From positions 1 to 61,628 of IMG/VR virus record IMGVR_UViG_3300044840_000050: DNA of 61,628 nt. One strand, written 5' to 3'. Positions 1 through 8,784 of the stretch are shown piece after piece (the first letter of the stretch is position 1; each line of letters opens with the position of its first letter). Under the pieces are notes generated by a model. It did no database searches, was not told the origin of the DNA, and saw only the letters and a program-made list of their open reading frames with translations. The translations under genes were made by a program, and so were the position numbers. The stretch comes from a virus. Taxonomy: Duplodnaviria; Caudoviricetes.

Positions 1-76
1 ACCCCGCCACCGGTGATGTTGCCATGCTTGGTGGAGGCGGGGAAGCGCATGTCAACGTCCATCACACGCCCGACGC

Positions 77-541
77 TTGTTGGATGCTGGACAGCGGCCG
101 AACTTTGGCGGGGAGGTCGTGATGGCGGCGCGCGTAGTGCCAGAAGACTTTCTCGGACCGAAGAAGAAGAAATCGGTGAGCGACCCTGAGCACCCAAGCG
201 GCCTCCGCGACGCGCTGATGCCGATCGTTTGCGAGATGATCTGGGGCAAGGGAGCGTGGCCGTTCACGCTCGCCACTGGCTACACCGTCAGAGTGATGAC
301 CTCGGAGTTCACCGATCGCATCGAATCCGCGTTCGTCGCGTGGCTGTCTGTGGTTTCTGAGGAGGAGCGAGACGCGGTGGCGCGAGCGATTGACGCGGTG
401 GTTGGCCCCGCAAAGCAGGTCAATCAAGACTTGTGGTTCCGAGCGGCTGATGCTGCTCTCGCGGCGTCGCGTGAGGTGCTGATACCCAAGGAGCCGACGT
501 ACCGCGATCAGCGTGCCGAGTGGTCGGAAACGACGTCGTGA
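77..541 (+). CDS. hypothetical protein
   Basis: 154-aa ORF whose stop overlaps the next start (GTGA); start uncertain. Confidence 0.55.
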   Translation: MLDAGQRPNFGGEVVMAARVVPEDFLGPKKKKSVSDPEHPSGLRDALMPIVCEMIWGKGAWPFTLATGYTVRVMTSEFTDRIESAFVAWLSVVSEEERDAVARAIDAVVGPAKQVNQDLWFRAADAALAASREVLIPKEPTYRDQRAEWSETTS

Positions 542-1302
542 CCCCGTATTACGACGACGGCATCTGCACGATTTACCACGGTGACGCCTTGGCGATGCTC
601 TCGGGATTGCCCGAAGCGTCATGCGATGCTCTTCTGACCGACCCGCCGTACTCGTCGGGCGGCATGTTCCGCAGCGACCGCACGCTCGACCCGGCGAACA
701 AATATCGCGGCTGGTCGCATACGCCAGGCTCTTCGCTGAAGCCGACAAACGAATACGGCTCCTTCGCTGGCGACAGCCGCGACCAGCGTGCCTGGTCGGG
801 CTGGGTGAGCGCGTGGACGTTCGCAGCGTTGAGAGCGACGCGGCCAGGCGGTCATGCGTTTCTGTTCTCCGATTGGCGGCAACTCCCGACCGCTACCGAT
901 GCCGTTCAGTTCGGCGGGTGGACGTGGCGAGGCATTGTCGTATGGGACAAAGGCGTTGGTCGACCGATGAAGGGCCGCTTCCGCAACCATCTTGAGTACG
1001 TCGTCTGGGCAACGAACGGTTCCGTCGACATCATCGACGACTACCCGTCCGCCCTCATATCGGTTCCGACTGTCGGCCCCGACGAGCGCGAGCACGTCAC
1101 TCAGAAGCCAGTCGTGCTGCTCCAGCAGTTGTTGCGCGTGGCGGGCGATGGTTGTCATCAAGTCCTCGACCCCTTCATGGGTTCTGGCTCGACGCTTGTC
1201 GCGGCGAAGTACGCGGGCCACCGCGCCATCGGCATAGAAGTCGAAGAGCGGTACTGCGAGATAGCCGCTACTCGTCTTGGTCAGGAAGTACTCGCTCTAT
1301 GA
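538..1302 (+). CDS. DNA N6-adenine/N4-cytosine methyltransferase (beta class)
   Basis: LLTDPPY catalytic motif N-terminal; HVTQKP and VLDPFMGSGST SAM-binding motif C-terminal; GIEVEERYCEIA. Confidence 0.93.
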   Translation: MTPYYDDGICTIYHGDALAMLSGLPEASCDALLTDPPYSSGGMFRSDRTLDPANKYRGWSHTPGSSLKPTNEYGSFAGDSRDQRAWSGWVSAWTFAALRATRPGGHAFLFSDWRQLPTATDAVQFGGWTWRGIVVWDKGVGRPMKGRFRNHLEYVVWATNGSVDIIDDYPSALISVPTVGPDEREHVTQKPVVLLQQLLRVAGDGCHQVLDPFMGSGSTLVAAKYAGHRAIGIEVEERYCEIAATRLGQEVLAL

Positions 1303-1327
1303 TTTCTGGGGTTACCGAGGAGAAGAC

Positions 1328-1522
1328 GTGAGCGCCGAAGTCGATTTCACGGTTGACGAGTTGGAACGCATCGTCATCGGTGCCCTGCGCTCGCATGACG
1401 TGAAGGCAGTCGACGTCGCGGTACGGCTGATGGCGGTCAAGGACGCTCACCGAGCGCAGAGCATCATCGACACGATTGAACTCGGCATCTGGGTATCCGA
1501 GGAGACGGGCAAGGGAGCCTGA
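1328..1522 (+). CDS. hypothetical protein
   Basis: GAGGAG RBS before GTG; tight operon packing. Confidence 0.65.
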   Translation: MSAEVDFTVDELERIVIGALRSHDVKAVDVAVRLMAVKDAHRAQSIIDTIELGIWVSEETGKGA

Positions 1523-1726
1523 GTGAGCCGCGATTGGGTGAGCTTGGTCGACCGGGTCTGTCCAGCGTGCGGTGGGGATGGGACGTGGACCACCGCGGAC
1601 GACTCCGAAGAACTGTGCATCCACTGCGATGGTCTGGGCAAGGTCAGCGCGGCGAAGTACCGAGACCTCCGACCCGATCCAACGAGGGATGGCGAGCAGT
1701 CGGGGTTACCTAAGGAGACGCAATGA
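1523..1726 (+). CDS. small zinc-finger protein (DnaJ-like CxxCxGxG repeats)
   Basis: CPACGGDG and CIHCDGLG. Confidence 0.7.
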   Translation: MSRDWVSLVDRVCPACGGDGTWTTADDSEELCIHCDGLGKVSAAKYRDLRPDPTRDGEQSGLPKETQ

Positions 1727-1905
1727 GCGCGCGACGTCTGAAAGTTTGCGTCGAGAACTGGCCTGACTGTTGGGACGGTGGCTACGACCCGCGCTGTTGC
1801 CGTTTCCCGAAGTCGTGCAGTTGTCTGGCGTACCGGGAGGATGAGGTCACCGAAGACGACCTGGAACCGGTGATTGTGGGACCGTCGAAGGAGGAGACAC
1901 GGTGA
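1723..1905 (+). CDS. Cys-rich hypothetical protein
   Basis: AAGGAG RBS, ATGA overlap. Confidence 0.65.
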   Translation: MSARRLKVCVENWPDCWDGGYDPRCCRFPKSCSCLAYREDEVTEDDLEPVIVGPSKEETR

Positions 1906-2138
1906 GCCGCGCTAAGGATTGCGAAGTCGTCGTGACGTTCCGAGGTCGCAAGGTCGAACAGCACAAGGGCATGACACGCTTCGGTGCCCGGATGGCAGCG
2001 AATGGCATGAACTCGACGTTTGCTCGCGGTGCGCGTGTCGTGCAACGCGGCGGGTTCTTCACCGCGCCGGTCTACGAGAGCGTTCCCATGTACGCGACGG
2101 CGCGTCCTTCCGAGCAGCCCGAAACGGAGCAGCGTTGA
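1902..2138 (+). CDS. hypothetical protein
   Basis: GGAGG RBS, GTGA overlap. Confidence 0.6.
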   Translation: MSRAKDCEVVVTFRGRKVEQHKGMTRFGARMAANGMNSTFARGARVVQRGGFFTAPVYESVPMYATARPSEQPETEQR

Positions 2139-2257
2139 GCATCTGCTGGTCGTGCGGGATCGCTGTGCCATGGTGGATCCGACTCATTGCGGGCCTCGTC
2201 GCAGCGGTGGTACTTGGATTCCTCGTGATGTCGTATCGAAGGAACGGGAGATCCTGA
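2135..2257 (+). CDS. small membrane protein
   Basis: TTGA overlap; hydrophobic LIAGLVAAVVLGFLVM. Confidence 0.45.
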   Translation: MSICWSCGIAVPWWIRLIAGLVAAVVLGFLVMSYRRNGRS

Positions 2258-2713
2258 GTGAGCATTGAAGACGACCAAAGACGCTCGATTCAGGAGATCG
2301 CCGGCCAGCTTGTCCCCGCCGCGTTCTTCGCGAAAATCGGTGGCTGGCTGAAAGGCAGTCTGCCGGGAGATACGAGTCCGCGGGAGGGGGGAAGGTCGTC
2401 GCTCAGGTCGATGCCGGGTTGGGACAAGTTCGACCGGACGTTACGCGCGAAACGGAAACGGTATTCGGAGTGTTTGCGGGAGGCTGAGAAGCTGATGCGC
2501 GAAGCGGCCGCGATCGAGTCGTGGGCGATGAAGACGGATGAGGCCGCGCCGCCCGAGCCGGAACCGCCGGACGTGTTCATGTGTAACAACCAGCCGTGCG
2601 CTAACCCGTTGGTCGGCGGGCAGAAGACGGGCCTGTGCTCAAAATGCCGCGTCCACCAGCACCGCTACGGGATGGCTTGGCCGAACAAACCAGCAATGGA
2701 GCAGGCGAGATGA
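2258..2713 (+). CDS. hypothetical protein with C-terminal Cys motif
   Basis: CNNQPC...GLCSKC; abuts neighbours. Confidence 0.65.
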   Translation: MSIEDDQRRSIQEIAGQLVPAAFFAKIGGWLKGSLPGDTSPREGGRSSLRSMPGWDKFDRTLRAKRKRYSECLREAEKLMREAAAIESWAMKTDEAAPPEPEPPDVFMCNNQPCANPLVGGQKTGLCSKCRVHQHRYGMAWPNKPAMEQAR

Positions 2714-2943
2714 TGCATTGGCTCAGTGGGAAAGCAGACCGCAAGGTAAGAACGGTGGCCGTGTCTGATTGGAAAGCGGATGAGGCGGTCAAATCGATTA
2801 TCGATGTCATATCCGACCGACTCTTGTCCTGCCCTCATTGCGGAAAGGAAGTTGTTGTCTCCTTGGAGGCTGAGGTCCGAGTCGAGAAGGACGCCACTAG
2901 GAAGTTCGGGAACAAGCCCGCAGAAGCCAAGGAGAGCGTGTGA
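2710..2943 (+). CDS. hypothetical protein with CxxC
   Basis: ATGA overlap; SCPHCG. Confidence 0.6.
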   Translation: MMHWLSGKADRKVRTVAVSDWKADEAVKSIIDVISDRLLSCPHCGKEVVVSLEAEVRVEKDATRKFGNKPAEAKESV

Positions 2944-3170
2944 GCCCTCGCATCAACGCGTTTCAGCATCAAGGCGTGGAGTGGGAGCACTACTACTACG
3001 GGCCAGGGCTCAACGGTCAGGCGTATCAGCGGACCTGTCCTGATGGTTGCGACCGCGGGCTGCTGATGGCCCCCGTTCGTGCGTGTCCTCGTTGCGGCGG
3101 TTCGGGACTCATCGTGCGGCGAACGGACCCGCGCAAGGACTATGGGGAGAAGGAAACCACATGCTTGTAA
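2940..3170 (+). CDS. small zinc-finger protein
   Basis: CPDGC and CPRCGGSG; AAGGAG RBS. Confidence 0.6.
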   Translation: MSPRINAFQHQGVEWEHYYYGPGLNGQAYQRTCPDGCDRGLLMAPVRACPRCGGSGLIVRRTDPRKDYGEKETTCL

Positions 3171-3193
3171 CTCCCACGACCTGCGGGTATGAT
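3165..3193 (+). promoter_or_regulatory. sigma70/SigA-like promoter
   Basis: TTGTAA (3165-3170), 17-nt spacer, TATGAT (3188-3193) at the boundary between small early genes and structural-like genes. Confidence 0.6.
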
Positions 3194-3238
3194 GCGCGCT
3201 CATAGGGTCCGGAGCCATGCCCGGGCTCGGGTGAAGCT

Positions 3239-3454
3239 GTGACGCTCACCCAAAAGCGGTGCCCGTACTGTCGCGGCACTTACGAGGTCGACTCCGACCT
3301 CTCGGTTGAGACGCACCGCACCGCGGACCCGCCCCCGCCAGCAGGGTTCGCCGTCTCGCAGCAGGGCGCGGTCCTGCATCTCTGCGAGCGCGGGCATGAC
3401 GTGACGCCATCCTCTAATCGCCGACCACTCTCGGTGAGGGGGGTCGCAAGGTAG
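3239..3454 (+). CDS. hypothetical protein
   Basis: CPYC...HLCERGH metal-binding-like residues. Confidence 0.5.
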   Translation: MTLTQKRCPYCRGTYEVDSDLSVETHRTADPPPPAGFAVSQQGAVLHLCERGHDVTPSSNRRPLSVRGVAR

Positions 3455-3463
3455 GACCCCCGA

Positions 3464-4087
3464 ATGGCAGCTACTACCTTCGTCGCGTCCGCGACCTACA
3501 CGTCCCCCTCGGGTGGGACCGCGACCGGCAACGTCGAGTTCCAAGCGGTCAACACCCGCGAAGTGAACACGGCGACGATTCAGGACTCCATCAAACAGGT
3601 CGCGACCCTCGCGGGCGGCGCGATCGCGCAGACGCTCGTCGTGAACGTGGGTGGCTACAACGTCACCGAGAACATCGTCGGTGCCCTCCCGGTCTCGTAT
3701 GTCATCCCGGGCCTCGCGAACATCAACCTGTCGACGGTGGATGCTTCGACCGCGAACTTCGACGCGTCGAGTGTCGTGAATGTCGTCCCACCCGAGTTCG
3801 TGGCGGGCACGACGTACACGTTCGTGCTGTCCGATGGTGCGAATGTGGTGAAGCAGTTCACCGCGGCGACCGCGGTGACGACCATCATTGATGGTGCGGC
3901 GGTGTTGCCGGTGGGTTGGACGGTGTCGTGGATGCAGCAGGGGGCGGGGACGCTCGCGTTCACGGTCATCAATGGTGCGGTGTTACGTGCGGTGGGGAAC
4001 GTGACGCATTCGCAGGGGCAGTGGTCGGCGGGCACGTTACGGAAGTACGCGCCGACCGGATACATCCTCGCCGGTGAAATCGGGTGA
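3464..4087 (+). CDS. putative virion structural/fibre-tip protein
   Basis: T/V/A/G-rich; C-terminal LPVGWTVSWMQQGAG...GYILAGEIG resembles fibre C-terminal beta domains. Confidence 0.6.
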   Translation: MAATTFVASATYTSPSGGTATGNVEFQAVNTREVNTATIQDSIKQVATLAGGAIAQTLVVNVGGYNVTENIVGALPVSYVIPGLANINLSTVDASTANFDASSVVNVVPPEFVAGTTYTFVLSDGANVVKQFTAATAVTTIIDGAAVLPVGWTVSWMQQGAGTLAFTVINGAVLRAVGNVTHSQGQWSAGTLRKYAPTGYILAGEIG

Positions 4088-4296
4088 GTCACAAAAGTGC
4101 TGAGCAGATTGAGGCGTTAGCCCAACGTGCTCACGCTTCGATGAACTCCGGCGTCGGTGCAGCCTCATCGCCTCTCTCATGGAAGAGCGAGAGTGCAGTG
4201 ATGCGCGACTGGTGGGTTCGTCTCACCGACTCGGTGCTTGATGCCATCGAATATTGCCCAGCATGTGACGGGCCGTGCCGGGACGAGTCAACATGA
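4084..4296 (+). CDS. hypothetical protein
   Basis: GTGA and ATGA overlaps on both sides. Confidence 0.5.
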   Translation: MSHKSAEQIEALAQRAHASMNSGVGAASSPLSWKSESAVMRDWWVRLTDSVLDAIEYCPACDGPCRDEST

Positions 4297-6584
4297 CCAG
4301 TAAGTCCCGACTGGGCGCGGGGGTCGGTCAGAACGTCACGCTCCCCGTCATCCCGGTCGCGCCCATCGCGCCGACAGGGTTCGTCGCGAACCCGGATTTG
4401 ACTTCGGTGGCGCTCGACTGGAACACGAACCCCGAGCTCGACATCGCCTCCTACAAGGTGTACCGGCTCATCGCGAGTGTCTGGACACTGGTCCATACCG
4501 TGACTCCGTCGCAGGACACGGTGACGGGCCTGACGTCGTCGACGACGTACTCGTTCCGGGTCACCGCGTTCTCCACCAATGCGCTGGAAAGTCCGCCGTC
4601 GGCGGTGTTGACGGTCACGACCGACGCCGCGCAGACGGGCGGGACACTCTCGACGTTCGACCGTACGGGCACCATCGATATCTCGGACGCGCTCGAGACG
4701 TGGTTGAACGACAACGCCCATGTCCCCAACGGTACGGGGGCGGCGACGCCGACGCGTATCACGTTCCCGAAACTCCAACTCGACGGTGTGACCCGCGCGG
4801 TGTTCCGTATCGAGGGTGGCGTCACGGGCGGCGTGAACCTGACGAACATGGTCGACATCACCCTCGATGGTGGTGGCCGTATCGGTGGGCGTGGGCTGGA
4901 TGGCGCCCAGTTCGTGTCGAAGACGAAGGTGCCGTTCACGGTCGTCGCGGATCCGACCCTGAACCCGCGTGGTATCCACGTCCACAACGGTGCGCTCGTC
5001 GACAACGTCCCACCGTGGCTGCCGGGCACCTCGTATGCGGTGGGTGCGATTGTTTCGTCGACGAATACGGGCCGGCGGTACAAGTCGAAACTTGCCGCGA
5101 ACTTGAACCATGACCCGACCGACGTGTCTACGGGGTCGACATGGTGGCTGAACACCGGCCCCGACGCGCTCATCACAGCCCGTAACGGGTACGACTTCGT
5201 CGCCGCGGGCGTCCAGGTCGGGGACCGCATCCAGGTCGTCGTCGGAGCGCACGCGACCCGAGACATCGCCGGCGCGCATGTGACGAACGGGTCGAATATC
5301 GTCAGCGTCCCCGCCGGGAAAGTCTCGGCCGCGGATAATGGTGCGCTGGTGGAGTCCGCCGCGACGGGTTTCCCGCCGGTCGCGACCCTCACGTTCGTCG
5401 ATGCCAGTCACATCGCGCTCGACGACTACTACTCGGGCGTCACCGGCAACGTAACCATCACCCTCAGCACCAAGAAGTCGACGCAGTCCACGAGGACCGT
5501 CGCCGCGGTGAACGTGGGTGGCAAGTCTACCGTCGCGGCCGCGACCGGGTCGTCGATGGGTACTGGCATCGGTGAGCTCATCATCAACCCCGCGGATCAG
5601 TGGAACGTGAACTACTCGCCGACGAACGTGGTTGCGCAGTCGTTCACGGGCACGTATGCGCTCGGCTCGTACGCGTACGACCAGGCCGTCAAGTCTGCGT
5701 TCGATAAGAACCGTGCCCGCACCATGTTCGTCATGGCGAAAAACACGCGGCTACGGATTCGGGGCGCACAGTTCACCGGCCCGTACCCGTTCGTGTATGA
5801 CCCGTCCCTGAAAACGACGGGCTACGACCCGGACTACGAATCCCAAGACGCCATGGTGTGGCGCGGATGTGTGGATTGCGAGGTCGGGGACGTCACCATC
5901 GAGAAGTTCTTCGGCAACGGTATGGAGATGCAACCGCAGGTCGAGAACGACGGCTCGTACACGGCGACGAAAGGGTTGGCGGTCTACAACTCGCATCTCG
6001 CGAACTTCGGCCGCCAGTCCCTGTCCCTCACCTATGGCGGCACCGCGATTATCGAGGACACCTACCTCGGCGAGAGTTCACGCAGCCTGATTGACTGCGA
6101 ACCGACCACCAGCAGGGTCGACCCGAGCCTGACGTACACGATGCAGGACGTCCATCTCCTGCGCTGCACGATCGGCTACCACCATCTCGGGATGTTCTCC
6201 GCCCACGAAGGGCTCGGCAAAGTCCACATCCTGAGCTGCAAAGGCCGCGCGATTGGCACTTCAGGGCCCGCGGTGGTGAGCGAGTTCATCGCCGAGAACT
6301 GCACCGAGGCCCCCACGGACAACTCGACGTACAGCTGGGACTTCAAGGCGGGCGTCAATGTCGGTGGGCACAGCATCGTGGTGAAGAACAACTCGGGTGA
6401 TGGTGCCCGTACCGCGGTGGTGCATTTCGGGGGCGATAACGGCGGCTGCGACAACTATCAGGTCACCGGCAATCTTGCGGGCGCGGGTGTGGCACAGGTG
6501 AAGGATGACGGCCCATGGGCCGGGACATTCGTGCCGTTCACGCTGCCGATTCCAGCCCACGCACTACGCGATATTCGGCCGTAG
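4293..6584 (+). CDS. fibronectin-III + carbohydrate-binding + beta-helix protein (tailspike/depolymerase-like)
   Basis: FN3 motif VALDWN...TVTGLTSSTTYSFRVTAFS; CBM5/12-like WLPGTSYAVGAIV...GRRY; pectin-lyase-like C-terminal half. Confidence 0.72.
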   Translation: MTSKSRLGAGVGQNVTLPVIPVAPIAPTGFVANPDLTSVALDWNTNPELDIASYKVYRLIASVWTLVHTVTPSQDTVTGLTSSTTYSFRVTAFSTNALESPPSAVLTVTTDAAQTGGTLSTFDRTGTIDISDALETWLNDNAHVPNGTGAATPTRITFPKLQLDGVTRAVFRIEGGVTGGVNLTNMVDITLDGGGRIGGRGLDGAQFVSKTKVPFTVVADPTLNPRGIHVHNGALVDNVPPWLPGTSYAVGAIVSSTNTGRRYKSKLAANLNHDPTDVSTGSTWWLNTGPDALITARNGYDFVAAGVQVGDRIQVVVGAHATRDIAGAHVTNGSNIVSVPAGKVSAADNGALVESAATGFPPVATLTFVDASHIALDDYYSGVTGNVTITLSTKKSTQSTRTVAAVNVGGKSTVAAATGSSMGTGIGELIINPADQWNVNYSPTNVVAQSFTGTYALGSYAYDQAVKSAFDKNRARTMFVMAKNTRLRIRGAQFTGPYPFVYDPSLKTTGYDPDYESQDAMVWRGCVDCEVGDVTIEKFFGNGMEMQPQVENDGSYTATKGLAVYNSHLANFGRQSLSLTYGGTAIIEDTYLGESSRSLIDCEPTTSRVDPSLTYTMQDVHLLRCTIGYHHLGMFSAHEGLGKVHILSCKGRAIGTSGPAVVSEFIAENCTEAPTDNSTYSWDFKAGVNVGGHSIVVKNNSGDGARTAVVHFGGDNGGCDNYQVTGNLAGAGVAQVKDDGPWAGTFVPFTLPIPAHALRDIRP

Positions 6585-6665
6585 CGGGAGCAATCATCAA
6601 CCTCGGTAGCCCCGACACAAACCGCTGGTGGGAACCGGGATTCACGAACCGATCGGGATCTGACC

Positions 6666-6845
6666 ATGAGCGATGAGGACTTCTACGAAGAAGACGAAGA
6701 CCCGCGCAAGATCGAAGCCATCTGGAATCGACCGGGGAAGAAGGGGCGCACCGTGAAGCGACCGCGCGATCTGAACCAGCGTGCCGCTTCCATCGTCGGT
6801 CAAGTAGTGGCGTCCAACGAGAGGAACGCGCGAGATGAAGCCTGA
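6666..6845 (+). CDS. small hypothetical protein (59 aa, below ORF-track cut-off)
   Basis: Own translation MSDEDFYEEDEDPRKIEAIWNRPGKKGRTVKRPRDLNQRAASIVGQ...; fills the gap. Confidence 0.55.
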   Translation: MSDEDFYEEDEDPRKIEAIWNRPGKKGRTVKRPRDLNQRAASIVGQVVASNERNARDEA

Positions 6846-7062
6846 ACCCGTACCGCAATCCGTTGTCTGTACCGCGTGCGGATTGTCATGGGACTGGCAC
6901 GAGCCGAACCGCGGCAAGGTCACCCTCAGCGAGTGCGTACGACTCCTGCGCGCCGAGCTGTTGAAGCGACCGATTCAGACGTGGACCAACTCGACGGCGG
7001 GCAACGTCTACACGATCCCAAGCAGCACGACCACGATCGGCAATCCAGCCAAGAGCGCCTGA
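6835..7062 (+). CDS. hypothetical protein
   Basis: GAGG RBS; CTACG motif. Confidence 0.55.
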   Translation: MKPEPVPQSVVCTACGLSWDWHEPNRGKVTLSECVRLLRAELLKRPIQTWTNSTAGNVYTIPSSTTTIGNPAKSA

Positions 7063-7226
7063 TGCGTCGACTTCTCCTCTGGCTCATCCCCGATAGAGCA
7101 CTCCACCTCGGAGCACCGAAGCCACTGCCTCGATTCGGCAACGTCGTCCCCGACGACATCATCAAACGCTTGATCGATATCGAGCAGCTTCTGATGGCTG
7201 GCTTCACCCCGCCAAAGGATGTCTGA
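7062..7226 (+). CDS. 54-aa protein paralogous to the N-terminus of the large tail fibre
   Basis: LPRFGNVVPDDIIKRLIDIEQLLMAG vs LPRFGNVMPNDIIKRLIDLEQLLMTG at 36141. Confidence 0.7.
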   Translation: MRRLLLWLIPDRALHLGAPKPLPRFGNVVPDDIIKRLIDIEQLLMAGFTPPKDV

Positions 7227-7287
7227 CCTGCCCGTTTGGGTACTACACCGTTGCAATTCCACCTCCTGACAGAAGGAAAGAATCACC

Positions 7288-7599
7288 ATGGCACGTGTCA
7301 GCAATAACGCAGAAGCAGACTTCGTGGTCCTCGCCTGGGACGGCACCGCGCCGGGCGTGACGAACGGGTACGACAACCCGGCCGAAGCCGAAGCCGAGGT
7401 CCGCGACTTGAAGGAACGGAACCCCGACAACGAGTACTTCGCGCTCCAGCAGCGGGACCTCGCGGCGAAGGTCGAAGAGTTGACGGGTACGCCCGCTGAG
7501 GCGATGACGGACCCGGACAAGACGCACGTCACCGCAGCCGAGGCCGCGCCGGCACAACCCGCGCCTGCGCCTGCGCCGAGTCCTGCTTCGAACGGCTGA
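7288..7599 (+). CDS. acidic hypothetical protein
   Basis: AAGGAAAG RBS, typical codon usage. Confidence 0.75.
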   Translation: MARVSNNAEADFVVLAWDGTAPGVTNGYDNPAEAEAEVRDLKERNPDNEYFALQQRDLAAKVEELTGTPAEAMTDPDKTHVTAAEAAPAQPAPAPAPSPASNG

Positions 7600-7604
7600 C
7601 AGTG

Positions 7605-7931
7605 ATGAGCGAGGGCATCACTCAGTATCCAGAGGTAGTGAAGAGCGACCCGATAGTGGTTGTCTGGCCCGACGGAACGATTCATACGGGTACCCGAGGG
7701 TCGGGTGTGTCCGAGATTGGTCTTGGAACGCTCGTGCTTGCTGGTTGTGCACTACCCGGAGGCGCGCTCGGCACGAAAAAGAACAAGCGTCACGTGAGGA
7801 TGTTGAGTGGCCCCCTCGCTCTGACGGTGGTGCGTGCAACCGAGGCGGCTGGCTACAGCCCCGGTGAACTCGTCGTTACCGTCGCGCACGGCAGAGTCGA
7901 CGTTGGCGCTTTCGCAGAAGCGAGGAAGTGA
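7605..7931 (+). CDS. hypothetical protein
   Basis: ORF fills gap on the coding strand. Confidence 0.45.
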   Translation: MSEGITQYPEVVKSDPIVVVWPDGTIHTGTRGSGVSEIGLGTLVLAGCALPGGALGTKKNKRHVRMLSGPLALTVVRATEAAGYSPGELVVTVAHGRVDVGAFAEARK

Positions 7932-7956
7932 GTCCTCGTGACGAACCAAGGTAGCT

Positions 7957-8142
7957 ATGACCACGCTCGGTGATACCGCGTCGGAAGTAGTCCGTAACGA
8001 GCAGGGTGAGGTAGTCGCGTACCGTTGTAGGGCTGAACGTCCTCCGTACGCGATGTCGATGTCTCATCAGTGTGCGGGCACGATGCGTCGTATCAAGCGG
8101 ATATGGCGTTGCAACCTGTGCGGACGGATAGCAGCCCAATGA
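7957..8142 (+). CDS. hypothetical Cys-containing protein
   Basis: AAGG RBS; WRCNLCG. Confidence 0.5.
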   Translation: MTTLGDTASEVVRNEQGEVVAYRCRAERPPYAMSMSHQCAGTMRRIKRIWRCNLCGRIAAQ

Positions 8143-8297
8143 ACTCCAGCGAGGCTCGCCCTGCTCCGGGCGAACATGAGCCGCTGACGTATGACAAGAA
8201 GCGTGCGTTCGCCGAAGTCACGTTCCCCGAAGGATTTGTGGGGACAGCTCCTCTCGTCGCGTATACCGATGTGGGGGCTGATGACACTCCTGAGTAA
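8139..8297 (+). CDS. hypothetical protein
   Basis: ATGA overlap. Confidence 0.4.
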   Translation: MNSSEARPAPGEHEPLTYDKKRAFAEVTFPEGFVGTAPLVAYTDVGADDTPE

Positions 8298-8781
8298 CGG
8301 CTCCGCCGTAAGAGACGATGACCCAGGTGAGCCCTCTACAGGGAAGCCCAGAGTCAGTGTCACCGAGGACGAAGCCCGCATCCTTAGCCGCCTGGCTACA
8401 GGGCAGGTAGTCCTCGAGCTCGGCACGGGGCTGGGCGTCAGCACCAGGGCCATGGCGGCCACTGCCCGTGCAGTGCGCACCATCGACCCGGACCCGTGGG
8501 TGCATCAGACCATCTGGCCCACGCTGCCCAACCTCGTGACGCATGCCGCGCTCCTCAACCCCGGCAACAGCGGCGTCTTCGATGTCGCCTTCATCGACGC
8601 TGACCACACCAGCGAAGCAGTAGAGGCCGATGTGCGCTATGCCCGCACCATGCTTCGCGAGCCTGGCCTCATCGTCTGCCATGACGCGAACTACGACAAC
8701 GTCAAGCAAGGCTTAGCAAGAGCAGGTGGTACGTGGGTGACGATCAACACCACCCACGGCCTAGCCCTCCAATGGGTGTGA
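8281..8781 (+). CDS. class I SAM-dependent methyltransferase (Methyltransf_24-like)
   Basis: VLELGTGLGVST, FDVAFIDADHT, GLIVCHD. Confidence 0.85.
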   Translation: MTLLSNGSAVRDDDPGEPSTGKPRVSVTEDEARILSRLATGQVVLELGTGLGVSTRAMAATARAVRTIDPDPWVHQTIWPTLPNLVTHAALLNPGNSGVFDVAFIDADHTSEAVEADVRYARTMLREPGLIVCHDANYDNVKQGLARAGGTWVTINTTHGLALQWV

Positions 8782-8784
8782 ACG

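Noticed and set aside
6545-6675. Open alternative frame past the 4293 gene stop (…AGAIINLGSPDTNRWW…) suggesting a frameshift extension
   Set aside because: No slippery site; short open frames are common at this GC content.
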